Shown: in pieces, positions 28,462 to 37,450 of the stretch
Position numbering within the stretch: the first letter of the stretch is position 1
Layout: every line of letters begins with the position of its first letter
Source: Planctomycetota bacterium
GTDB lineage: Bacteria; Planctomycetota; UBA1135; UBA2386
Direction of reading: 5' to 3'
Assembly (NCBI GenBank): GCA_046290465.1
Contig: JBKAGP010000001.1
Location: 6,530,046-6,594,045 of the forward strand
Length of the DNA: 64,000 nt
Position numbers and translations under genes: made by a program
Notes under the pieces: model-generated
Seen by the model: only the letters and a program-made list of their open reading frames with translations
Databases searched by the model: none
What the model was told of the DNA's origin: nothing

Positions 28462-30921
28462 TCACGGACCGGTGCGCGAAAGCTGTTCGGTGATGGTCGC
28501 CAGCAGCCTGCGCACGGCGGCCACTTCGTCGGCGGACAGCTGCTCGGGCATCGACCGGGTCAGCTCCGCGAGTTGCCGCCAGGCCACGGGCCGCTCGGCC
28601 AGATCGGTGGCGAGCAGGCGGAACGTGTCGCTCGCATCGCCGTCCTGCAGGGCCTTGGCGATCGACCAGTATGTGGAGGACACCGCGCCGATCGCATCGG
28701 CCCGCTCGAACCGGTCGCGTGCCTTTGCGCTCAGGGCCCGGACGTCGTCGGGCTGGCCCCGTTCGTGGCTCTCCAGCGCCCGGCGCGTCGCCAGGATGCC
28801 CTGCATGATCAGCAGGTAGCGGCGGTCCGCGTCGGCTTCGAGATGCTGGCACGATGCCACCACCGAGGCGGCGTGATCGAGGTCGCCGACGTCGATCGCC
28901 GTCTGGAACATGTTCCAGTAGGCCTTGTAGTAGTCCGGGCGCAGGCGGCGGGCCAGCTCGAGGACCTCGTAGGCCTGCTCGGTCATCAGGCAGCGACGTG
29001 CCGACAGGCCCGCGTTCAATCGCATCGGGTAGGAGTAGGGCGACAGGTCGAGGCCCCGCACCGCACACCGGTACGAGTCCTCGTAGCGCTGTTGCTTGAG
29101 CAGGGCGTAGGCGCCGACGTGGGCGGTCTGGGCGGTCCACGTGCCGAGCCGTTCTTCGTGGCGGGCGACCCGTTCGTAGAGGGCGAGGCCCGCTGCGCGG
29201 GCGTCGGGCGCGCGACCGAGCCGCGCCAGCTGGACGAAGATCCGCAGTTCTTCGGCGGCGTGGTCGGAGGCGAGCAACGGGCTCGACAACGCCTGTGCGG
29301 CCGCATCGAACCCGCCGGTGCGAAGCTGCAGGTAGGCGAGCAGCAGCAGATCCTGGGCACCGTCGGGAGCGGGCAGCTCCGCCAGCGACAGATCGGCGGC
29401 CGTGGCCTCGGCACCCAGCTCGTCGCAGCGCGCGGCGATCTGCTCGGTCAGGGCCGAGCCGACCTGGTCGGCGATCGCCCGCATGTCGGCCCGGAACCCG
29501 GTGAGGTCGCCCTGGTCCATCCGGAAGGCGGCGCGCACGGCGCGGGTCGGCACGGCTCGCAAGCAGGCAGCGACCGACGCGTCGAGCACGCGGGTGATGT
29601 AGGCGAGCTCGCCTTTGTCGCGCACCTTGCGATTCGACTGCTTCACCAGCGTCGTGTTGGCCGGCAGCTGGCGCCAGGCCTGCCAGTAGTCCCGGACCCA
29701 GCCGCGGTGCAGCGCCTGGTAGCCGAACACGCCGCCGATCCCCGCAGCGGCGAGCAGGGCGACCAGCACGCCGGCGCGAACGGCCGTGCTGCGGCCCGCG
29801 GCCCGCAGCATGCGGGTCGCGGCCGTGACCGGGCGTGCGGTGACGGGGCGGTAGTCGAGGAACGAGCGCAGGTCGGCCGCCAGTGCCCGTGCGGAGCCGT
29901 AGCGGGCCGAGGTCGAACGCGCCATGCCCTTGTCCAGCACGGCCTGCAGGTCGCGGGGGATGCCGGGGCGCAGCTGGTAGGCCGGCCGCGGTTCCCGTCG
30001 CGCGACGGCATGCAGGACCTGCGAGGGCGTGCCGCGGAACGGCGCGCGCAGCGTCAGCAGGTGGTAGAGCGTCGCGGTCAGCCCGTAGACGTCGACGGCC
30101 GGACCTGCGCTGCCCGACCCGGTCAACACCTCGGGCGCCATGTAGGCCGGGGTGCCCATCGCGCGGTCGGCCTCGGCCAGGGTGCCTTCGTCGGTGCGCG
30201 CGGCGATGCCGAAGTCGAGCAGCACCGGAACCCCGTTGCGGCGCACGAACACGTTGGACGGCTTGACGTCGCGGTGCACGATCCCGGCATCGTGCGCGGC
30301 CTGCAGGCCGTCGGCGAGCGCGGCGGTCCACGCGACCGCCGTGCGTACGTAGCTGGGCTCGATCGAGTTCGCGGCGTCCAGGTAGTCGCGGATCCAGGTC
30401 GTGTCGTCGTCGCCAGGGTCGCCGCGACGTTCGGCCTCGCCGAGCAGGTCGACCAGCGAGATGCCGTCGAGCAGTTCCATGACCAGGAAGACGTCGCCGT
30501 CGTCGGTCGTGCCGCGGTCGTGGATGCCCGCGATCGAAGGATGGTGGATCGCCGCCATCACCTCGGCCTCGCGTTCGAAGCGCGCGTGGGCTTCGCGTTC
30601 GCCGAGGATCGCGGCACGCAGCACCTTGACCGCAACGTGCCGCTCCAGCTCGAGGTCGCGGGCGCGGTAGACGACGCCCATCGCGCCGGCGCCGAGTCGT
30701 TGCACCAGTTGGTAGCGCCCGCCGAAGCAGCGGCCGGACATCGGATCGTCGTTGCCGCGGGCGACGGCCGCGATCGACTCGACGCTCTCGCGGACGGCGT
30801 CGATCAGGTCCCAGCGGGTGCCGCACAGACGTTCGTAGTCGACGCGTCCGTCTCGATCCTGTGCCTCCATCGCCCGGGCCACCAGGTCCTCGAGCAGCTC
30901 GTCGTCGTGCGGGGCGCTCAC
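28462..30921 (-). CDS. Ser/Thr protein kinase with TM helix and C-terminal TPR-like domain
   Basis: LGAGAMGVVY, AVK, HRDVKPSN, DFG, GTPAYMAPE, DVYGL; TM VLVALLAAAGIGGVFG; GTG start overlaps the ECF stop (GTGA). Confidence 0.92.
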   Translation of the reverse strand: MSAPHDDELLEDLVARAMEAQDRDGRVDYERLCGTRWDLIDAVRESVESIAAVARGNDDPMSGRCFGGRYQLVQRLGAGAMGVVYRARDLELERHVAVKVLRAAILGEREAHARFEREAEVMAAIHHPSIAGIHDRGTTDDGDVFLVMELLDGISLVDLLGEAERRGDPGDDDTTWIRDYLDAANSIEPSYVRTAVAWTAALADGLQAAHDAGIVHRDVKPSNVFVRRNGVPVLLDFGIAARTDEGTLAEADRAMGTPAYMAPEVLTGSGSAGPAVDVYGLTATLYHLLTLRAPFRGTPSQVLHAVARREPRPAYQLRPGIPRDLQAVLDKGMARSTSARYGSARALAADLRSFLDYRPVTARPVTAATRMLRAAGRSTAVRAGVLVALLAAAGIGGVFGYQALHRGWVRDYWQAWRQLPANTTLVKQSNRKVRDKGELAYITRVLDASVAACLRAVPTRAVRAAFRMDQGDLTGFRADMRAIADQVGSALTEQIAARCDELGAEATAADLSLAELPAPDGAQDLLLLAYLQLRTGGFDAAAQALSSPLLASDHAAEELRIFVQLARLGRAPDARAAGLALYERVARHEERLGTWTAQTAHVGAYALLKQQRYEDSYRCAVRGLDLSPYSYPMRLNAGLSARRCLMTEQAYEVLELARRLRPDYYKAYWNMFQTAIDVGDLDHAASVVASCQHLEADADRRYLLIMQGILATRRALESHERGQPDDVRALSAKARDRFERADAIGAVSSTYWSIAKALQDGDASDTFRLLATDLAERPVAWRQLAELTRSMPEQLSADEVAAVRRLLATITEQLSRTGP

Positions 30922-31574
30922 GGGCGGTCCTCGCTGGTTCGCTGCCGCATGCGGATGGCCAGCCGGGCGTGGGCTGCGTAGAACGCGCGCCGGGTCGCCG
31001 AGACGGATCCGAAGCCGAGTTCGACGGCAAGGTCCTGGAACTCGCGCTCGCACTCGAGCCGGCCGCGCAACAGTCGCTGGTCGCGGTCGTCGAAGTCGGC
31101 CAGCAGCTCGTCGAAGATCTGGCGCTGCTCGGCGCTGATCGCATCGGTCGCCGGGCCGTCGCGCAGGCTCGCGGCCTCGTCGTCGGACGGCGGCGGCGAG
31201 GTCCTTCGGCCGTCACGCCGGTCGGCCTCGTGGAATCGCACGACGTCCAGCAGGCGGTTGCGCACGATCGTGGTCAGGTAGTGCGTGAACAGCTCCTCGG
31301 TGCCGCCGGCGAAGCCGCCGAGGTCGGCGAGCACGCTGCGGAACACCTCCTGCACCACGTCGCCGGTGCTGAACCGCGTGGTCAGCCACGGCCGGTTGAC
31401 GCGCAGGTCCTTGGCGAGCGCGGCATGCACCTGCCGTTCGACGCTCGGGTAGAACCGCTCGAACAGCAGGGTGAGGGAGGCCTGGTCGCCGTTGCGGGCG
31501 GCGGCGAGCAGGAGCGAGAAGTCGGGCCCGTCGGAATCCGACGGTCGCGTTGGGGTTGGCATCGTCTCGTGCAT
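30918..31574 (-). CDS. ECF sigma factor (kinase-associated type)
   Basis: AARNGDQASLTLLFERFY, STGDVVQEVF, YLTTIVRNRLLDVVR, region 4 FQDLAVELG. Confidence 0.88.
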   Translation of the reverse strand: MHETMPTPTRPSDSDGPDFSLLLAAARNGDQASLTLLFERFYPSVERQVHAALAKDLRVNRPWLTTRFSTGDVVQEVFRSVLADLGGFAGGTEELFTHYLTTIVRNRLLDVVRFHEADRRDGRRTSPPPSDDEAASLRDGPATDAISAEQRQIFDELLADFDDRDQRLLRGRLECEREFQDLAVELGFGSVSATRRAFYAAHARLAIRMRQRTSEDRP

Positions 31575-31840
31575 CGTGCGTCCTCGCTCGTATGGGCATT
31601 CGGCGGCGCGCCGGCGGCGCGGAGCCGCAGAATCCGCGGAAAATGCGAGGTGGACGGGTTGGGGCGAGTTTGCGGGGGCGCTCGGTCTCCTTCGGCGCAC
31701 CGGCACGGTAGTCGATTGGCGCGGGAATCCCATGCAACCGGTGCACTACCGCGGCTGCGAACGGCTGCGTCTACGCCGATTCGTCGTGGCAGGAGCGCCG
31801 ACGGTCGGCGTCCTCGTGCCATCCGACGAACCACCAAGGC

Positions 31841-33634
31841 ATGAATATGCGACACCTTTCCCGAGCGGCGCTCGCGGCAACCGTTCTCTCCCCGATGATC
31901 CTCGCGCAGACTCCGGTCGTGCTCGGGGCCTACGACCAGACCGACGTCAGCGGCCCGATCGTGACCGACAAGCTCTACGTCGACTCGCAGGCCGGAGCCG
32001 GCGGCAACGGCACCGTCTGTGCTCCCTTCAACGACATCGCCCTGGCGATCGCCGCGGTCAACCCGACGCGCGCCACCAGCATCAACGTCGCCGGTACCCA
32101 CACGCTGGCCGTCGACATCCCGGCGCACGGTGTGACCATCGAGGGCTACACCACGCCGGCTTCGCCGAACCGGCCGCGCTTCGAGGCCCTGCCGAGCGGC
32201 GTGCCGATGGTCACGGTCGGTTCCGAGGGCAACACCGGCCTGCCGGCCTCGGTGATCAAGGGCATCGAGTTCCGCGACTTCCCGACCGGAGGGCCTGCCG
32301 ACGTCGCGGTCTTCATCAACCCGGGCACGCTGACGGCCACGGCGGCCGTCGAGGTCACCCAGTGCGAGTTCGAGAACATGGCGATCGGGGTGCTGATCGT
32401 GGTCTCGGCCGGGGAGCAGGTCAGCCGTCACGTCGTGCACGACAACGACTTCGTGTGGCCGTTCGAACAGGAGTTCCCGAGCGCCAACACGGTCGCGATC
32501 GAGGTCGACGCGGCCGGGCCGTCGTCGACGCTGGTCCGTGCGAACCGCATCTCGAACTACCAGTGGGGCTTCATCTGCGGCGGTGGCGACGCCGCGCAGC
32601 CGCGGCTGCAGAGCAACGCGATCCAGCGTGCCACGACCGGGGCGCTGTTCGCCAATGCCGATGCGGACCTGCGCGGCAACACGTTCGCCTTCGGCGCGCC
32701 GCGCGGCACCGCTACGCAGGTGGTCGGCGTGCAGGCCATCGGTGGCTCGCTGCAGCTCTACAACTCGATCCTGTGGAACCCGACGACGACCCTGCCGACG
32801 GCCGACGTGGTGACGTCGGGCGGCACCACGATCACGCAGGGAACCAACCTGTTCTTCAACGTTCCGGCCGGCTTCACGTCGCCGTTCGCCCCGGGCACCC
32901 AGCCCGATTTCGTCGGCGGCAACACCGTTTCGGGGGTGTTCCCGCCGGTCTCGCTGAACCTGCTCGAGACCTCGACGATGGTCGACGCCGGCGTCAACGC
33001 CGACACCGCGGACCTCACCGCGGCCTCGCCGGCGATGCTCGGCACGGCCGGCCTGTCGCGGGTCGATGTCGGTCTGGACGTGGACCACGATCCGCGCATC
33101 TACAACGGCACGACGGACGTCGGCTGTGACGAGGTCATGGTGCACGTCGATCCGACCAGTGGCGGCAGCTTCCCGATCTCGATCGCGCCGGCGGTCTGGA
33201 GCGGCGCCGGTCCGTTCTGGGACGCGGACGGCAACCTGCTGGCCGACACGTCCGGGCAGTGGAGCATCACGCTCGACGTGCTCGGTCCGCCCAACGCCGT
33301 CGTCGTCGTATTCGAGGGCTGGGTCTACATGGACCAGCTCAACCTCGGCGGCACGCTGGTGGCCAACGCCGACCTGCACGAACACTCGCTGTCGCCGTTC
33401 GGCAACGTCTTCTGGAACCTGCAGCCGGGCTGGCACATCCAGCAGCCGACGTCCGTCGTCGCGACCGACGCCGCCGGTGTCGGTTCGGTCACGGTCGGCT
33501 ACACGGGGCTCGGCGCCAACAACCTCGAGTCGTGCGTGACGCTGCAGGCGACGATGCTGGACCAGGCGTCGGGCCTGCACCAGAGCAACAAGGTGCGCAT
33601 CGAGATCAACGACGCCTGCGGCACCGGCCTCTGA
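31841..33634 (+). CDS. Secreted right-handed beta-helix (pectin-lyase-like) protein
   Basis: Signal ending ILA|Q; LYVD...G.GT..PF..I..AI start; repeated xxNxI/F turns; LYNSILW; DVDHDPRI...DVGCDE closing motif. Confidence 0.7.
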   Translation: MNMRHLSRAALAATVLSPMILAQTPVVLGAYDQTDVSGPIVTDKLYVDSQAGAGGNGTVCAPFNDIALAIAAVNPTRATSINVAGTHTLAVDIPAHGVTIEGYTTPASPNRPRFEALPSGVPMVTVGSEGNTGLPASVIKGIEFRDFPTGGPADVAVFINPGTLTATAAVEVTQCEFENMAIGVLIVVSAGEQVSRHVVHDNDFVWPFEQEFPSANTVAIEVDAAGPSSTLVRANRISNYQWGFICGGGDAAQPRLQSNAIQRATTGALFANADADLRGNTFAFGAPRGTATQVVGVQAIGGSLQLYNSILWNPTTTLPTADVVTSGGTTITQGTNLFFNVPAGFTSPFAPGTQPDFVGGNTVSGVFPPVSLNLLETSTMVDAGVNADTADLTAASPAMLGTAGLSRVDVGLDVDHDPRIYNGTTDVGCDEVMVHVDPTSGGSFPISIAPAVWSGAGPFWDADGNLLADTSGQWSITLDVLGPPNAVVVVFEGWVYMDQLNLGGTLVANADLHEHSLSPFGNVFWNLQPGWHIQQPTSVVATDAAGVGSVTVGYTGLGANNLESCVTLQATMLDQASGLHQSNKVRIEINDACGTGL

Positions 33635-33635
33635 G

Positions 33636-33899
33636 CTACTCGACCCGCACGACCATGCCGTCGACGAACGTCAGCCCGAGCCAGTGACGGTCGTCGTCGG
33701 TGCCGAAGTCGTATTCCCAGCGCACGCCCGACGCGCCCGCCGAAGCGCGGTCCGGCTTGCCGTAGCGCTGCAGTACGTCGGCCGTGCTCAGCAGGAACGC
33801 CTCCTGCTGGGCGCGGTCGAAGTCGTCGTTGCGGATCCGGACCAGCTCGGTCAGGGCGCGCTCGTCCCGCACGCGGCTGTGCACGAGCTGGCGCAACAC
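33636..33899 (-). CDS. Small hypothetical protein or gene remnant, SmpA/BamE-like pattern
   Basis: DVLQRYGKPD...WEY...LTFVDGMVVRVE; coding-like codon usage; start uncertain. Confidence 0.45.
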   Translation of the reverse strand: MLRQLVHSRVRDERALTELVRIRNDDFDRAQQEAFLLSTADVLQRYGKPDRASAGASGVRWEYDFGTDDDRHWLGLTFVDGMVVRVE

Positions 33900-33924
33900 G
33901 CCGCTCTCGGCCGCGCGAGCGGCG

Positions 33925-35043
33925 CTACTGCCCGCCGAACAGGCTGCCGCCGTTGCCGCTGCCGAAGAACTGCTGGAAGTTGAAGCCGGGCGGCAGCTGG
34001 GTGGGGGGCTGGCCGCCACCGCCACCGCCGGGGATGCCCGGGATGCCGGGGCCGCCACGCCCGCCGGCGCCCTGGCCACCACGGCCACCGCCACCGTCCC
34101 GGCCGCCACCGCGCCCGCCGGCGCGGTCGCCACCGCGCGCGCCGCGGCCACCGGCGCCGAACACCTCGGTCTGGGCGCCGCCCGGACCGCCGGGTCCCGC
34201 CGGCCCGGCCGGACCGCCTGCCGGGCCCTCGGGGCCCGAGCCGGCGTCTTCCATCGGCGGCGGCGGCACCACCGGGATGCGCGCGTTGTTGGCTTGCAGG
34301 ATGTTGTCGAGGCGCTTGGGCAGCACGAAGTGCCGCACGTACTTCTTCTCGGCGCCTTCGAAGTCCTCGATCTCGACGTCGCTGACGACGTTGCTGCTGC
34401 TGCGGCGACGCTCGATCGTGAACTCGATCTTGATGCGCTTGGGCAGCTTGTCCTCCTTGGAGCTGTCCCACTCGAACAGCTCTTCGGCCTCGAAGCCGAG
34501 CGTCTCGTAGTAGCGCACGCGGAACGACTTGATGCGGTCGTGCACCAGCTGGAACGTGCCCTCGCTGGCCTGCGTCGTCAGGTCGTTGTCGACCATCGGA
34601 TCCTCGCGCCGCCACAGCTCGAACACGTCGCGCAGGCGCTGGTTCGGCTTGAACCAGTAGCCGACCTCACACAGCGTCGTCTTGTGCGGCACGTTGTTGA
34701 GGTCGAGCACCTGGCCGACGCTGTCGGTCGTGGTCAGGAAGTTGATGCGGTCGGCGTCGCGGCCGTTGACGTCGGCCATGACGCCCTTGAACACCGCGTT
34801 GTTGCGCACGTTGTAGGTCCACAGCCCGCGCAGGTCGCGCTCGATCAGGTTGAGGATGCGCGGCCCCGCTTCGCTCGACTCGGCGAGGTCGTCGACCACG
34901 TCGCGCGCGTTGAGCATGATGTGGAACGTCGTGCCGACGGTCAGCATCACCGTCGCGGTGATGCCGATCGCGAGCAGCACCTCGATCAGCGTGAAGCCCG
35001 CCTGGCGGATCCGTTCGGTCGGCTCTTGCATCGTGGTCCTCAT
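33925..35043 (-). CDS. Type II secretion minor pseudopilin, GspJ-like, with Gly/Arg/Pro-rich tail
   Basis: Prepilin motif G|FTLIEVLLA; LNLIERDLR; EVGYW; LWRRE; WDS...LPKRIKIE. Confidence 0.8.
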   Translation of the reverse strand: MRTTMQEPTERIRQAGFTLIEVLLAIGITATVMLTVGTTFHIMLNARDVVDDLAESSEAGPRILNLIERDLRGLWTYNVRNNAVFKGVMADVNGRDADRINFLTTTDSVGQVLDLNNVPHKTTLCEVGYWFKPNQRLRDVFELWRREDPMVDNDLTTQASEGTFQLVHDRIKSFRVRYYETLGFEAEELFEWDSSKEDKLPKRIKIEFTIERRRSSSNVVSDVEIEDFEGAEKKYVRHFVLPKRLDNILQANNARIPVVPPPPMEDAGSGPEGPAGGPAGPAGPGGPGGAQTEVFGAGGRGARGGDRAGGRGGGRDGGGGRGGQGAGGRGGPGIPGIPGGGGGGQPPTQLPPGFNFQQFFGSGNGGSLFGGQ

Positions 35044-35777
35044 CGTCCGTCTCCGCCTCCGGGTTGACCGCCGAACGGCGACGAAGCGCCGCTCGACGAC
35101 GGGTCGGCGGTCTCGCCGTTGGCCTGTTGCAGCGCGCTCGCCTGGTCCGGCGTCATGCCGGAGATCGCCAGCGTCGACACGCGGCTCTTGATCAGCAGCA
35201 CCGACTTCTGGCCCTCGAAGGCCGGGTCGAACTTGGGGAAGTAGACGATCACCGCGCACTCCTCCAGGTCGTCGGCGCTCGGGGCCTTCTCGGCCAGCCG
35301 CTCGTTGATGTCGTCGAGCTGCTGGTCCTCGTATTCCTGCGCCGACAGGCCGCGCTCGCGGGCGCGCCGGTAGTCGTCGCGGTTGCGCGCCCATTCGACG
35401 CGGTCCTGCGCCTCGGTGTCGTCGCCGGCGGCTTCCTCGGCCACCTGGCCCTCGGCGTCGGCGACCGCGCTCTCCCCGAGCACGATCTTGAACGAGAAGC
35501 CCTCGTACTTGTCGATCGGGATCTCGAGCCCGGACTCGGGTGGCAGTTCGTGCGCGCCGGCCTGCAGCTCGGACATCTTCTCGTCGGCGATCTCGCGCGC
35601 CAGGCGCCAGTTGCGGGCGCGGGTCGCGTCGATCAGCGCGGTGCTGCGGATGCCGATGTAGGCGATCGTCACGGTCGCGACGATCAGCATCGCGACCAGC
35701 GCCTCGATCAGCAGCATGCCGCGCTCGTCGGGGCGCCGTTCGCTGGTCCCCGCTGGTTCGTGCCCTGCTCGCGTCAT
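35040..35777 (-). CDS. Type II secretion minor pseudopilin, GspI-like
   Basis: Prepilin motif G|MLLIEALVA; AREIADEKMSEL; position between H-like and J-like genes. Confidence 0.75.
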   Translation of the reverse strand: MTRAGHEPAGTSERRPDERGMLLIEALVAMLIVATVTIAYIGIRSTALIDATRARNWRLAREIADEKMSELQAGAHELPPESGLEIPIDKYEGFSFKIVLGESAVADAEGQVAEEAAGDDTEAQDRVEWARNRDDYRRARERGLSAQEYEDQQLDDINERLAEKAPSADDLEECAVIVYFPKFDPAFEGQKSVLLIKSRVSTLAISGMTPDQASALQQANGETADPSSSGASSPFGGQPGGGDGR

Positions 35778-36370
35778 CAGAACGCGCCCTCCTCGACGCG
35801 CTCGGGGCGCGCCATCTCACCGTCCTCGGACTTGGACGTCTCGATCTTGCCGGTCAGCCCGCGGATCGACAGCGACCAGACCATCGTCGGGTCGCTCCTC
35901 AGCTGCAGCGCGACGACCTGGTCGGCGGAGAAGCCGTACTCGTCGAACGAGACCCGGTAGAGGCCCTTGTGGGCGAGGCCCTTGGCGGCGTCGCCGGCGC
36001 CCGCGAAGATCACGTCGGTCTCGAGGTCGATCCAGTCCTTGTCGCGGTCGGGGATCTCGGTGTCCTGGTAGATGATCTGGTCGGTGGTCAGCCGTTCTTC
36101 CGGCGGCCACACGATCCGGTAGCGACCCTTGTCGAGGTCGAGCTCCATCTCCATGCGCTTGGCCTGGATGCGCGCCTCCGAACGGATCGTCTGCAGCCAC
36201 GAGACGATCTCCTTGCCGGAGCCGTCGAGGCGGGCCGACGGCATCAGCGCGCTGAGGTTCGGCGCGATGATGGCGAGGCCGAGGCCGACGAGGGCGACGG
36301 CGACGAGGATCTCGAGGAGGGAGAAGCCCGATTGGGGGGCGGGGGAGCGGGGGGGCGATGCGCTGGGCAT
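35777..36370 (-). CDS. Type II secretion minor pseudopilin, GspH/FimT-like
   Basis: Prepilin motif G|FSLLEILVA; L..IRSEA pattern; SF..YG; GLTG near C-terminus. Confidence 0.78.
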   Translation of the reverse strand: MPSASPPRSPAPQSGFSLLEILVAVALVGLGLAIIAPNLSALMPSARLDGSGKEIVSWLQTIRSEARIQAKRMEMELDLDKGRYRIVWPPEERLTTDQIIYQDTEIPDRDKDWIDLETDVIFAGAGDAAKGLAHKGLYRVSFDEYGFSADQVVALQLRSDPTMVWSLSIRGLTGKIETSKSEDGEMARPERVEEGAF

Positions 36371-36434
36371 CGGATGGGTAGGCTGGTGGGTGTTGGGTGC
36401 GGGTGGTGCCGGGAGGCGGGGACGCGATACGAGC

Positions 36435-36819
36435 GGCACCTCGAAGAGACGTCGGGCACGCGATGCCTTTGGCGTCGCTTTCGGCCGCGGGTTGCTACGA
36501 GGGGTTGAAGGCACCTCGCGGAAGGGTTGGGCACGCGATGCCTGCGGCATCGCTTTCGGCCGCGGGTTTCTACGAGGGGTTGAAGGCACCTCGCGGAAGG
36601 GTTGGGCACGCGATGCCTGCGGCATCGCTTTCGGCCGCGGGTTTCTACGAGGGGTTGAAGGCACCTCGCGGAAGGGTTGGGCACGCGATGCCTTTGGCAT
36701 CGCTTTCGCCCGCAGGTTTCTACGAGGGGTTGAAGGCACCTCGCGGAATGGTTGGGCACGCGATGCCTTTGGCATCGCTTTCGCCCGCGGGTTTCTACGA
36801 GGTGCCTGCGGCACCTCGT
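36435..36819. repeat. Tandem array of 5 x 75-bp palindrome-containing units (REP/BIME-like) between gspG and gspH
   Basis: GGCACC anchors at 36435, 36510, 36585, 36660, 36735 and 36810; each unit has a GCGATGCC-NNN-GGCATCGC hairpin (one mismatch in unit 1). Confidence 0.92.
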
Positions 36820-37250
36820 TAATTATCCTCGCGCTTGGACTTGCTGGAGATGTCGTCCTCGGTCTCCGGCTGCTTGTCCGGGCCGCAGCTGATGATCTCG
36901 AAGCTGTTCGGGGTGTCGCCTTCGATCAGCTCGTAGGGCGTGTCCCACGGGTCGCGCGGCAGCTCCTCGAGCTCGCTGCGGCCCTTCTCGTCCTTCTCGG
37001 CGAGCTCGTCGAGGGTGTCCGGCAGGCGGCCGTTCTTGCCGTACCAGGTGCGGACGGCGCCGGCGATCGTCTTGCAGTCGGCCAGGGCCTTGTTCTCGCG
37101 GGCCTCGTCACTCGCGCCCATCACGTTGCGGGCGACGAGCGTGGCGAGCAGGCCGAGGATCACGATCACGACCATGATCTCGACGAGGGTGAAGCCGCTC
37201 TCGGACGAACGGGCGGGGGCGGGGCGCTTGGTTTGGATCTTGGCGTTCAT
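36819..37250 (-). CDS. gspG: Type II secretion major pseudopilin GspG
   Basis: G|FTLVEIMVVIVILGLLA, LPRDPWDTPY, ISCGPDKQPETEDDI. Confidence 0.9.
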   Translation of the reverse strand: MNAKIQTKRPAPARSSESGFTLVEIMVVIVILGLLATLVARNVMGASDEARENKALADCKTIAGAVRTWYGKNGRLPDTLDELAEKDEKGRSELEELPRDPWDTPYELIEGDTPNSFEIISCGPDKQPETEDDISSKSKREDN

Positions 37251-37450
37251 GATAGGGTCTCGCCCAGTCTAGCAGGTGGCGGACGGATTCAGACCCTGAG
37301 ACGCTCCCGGGACGCGCTTCTTCCCGCCGAGCCGGGTGGCTCGATGTCCCGTTGCCGCGGGGACTTGGCCGCAGCTGCCGGCGCGTTCCGCGGGATTGCT
37401 GCCGGGTTCCGCTGCATCGGTCGGGGCCGATGCAGCAGCTGCCGCCATGG

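Noticed and set aside
36371..36814. 148-aa N-terminal extension of the GspH-like protein (ORF track 35777..36814)
   Set aside because: The frame is open only because the GC-rich 75-bp repeat lacks stops; a normal short prepilin leader starts at ATG 36370
36435..36819. CRISPR array
   Set aside because: Whole 75-bp units are near-identical with no unique spacers, and there are no cas genes in the window
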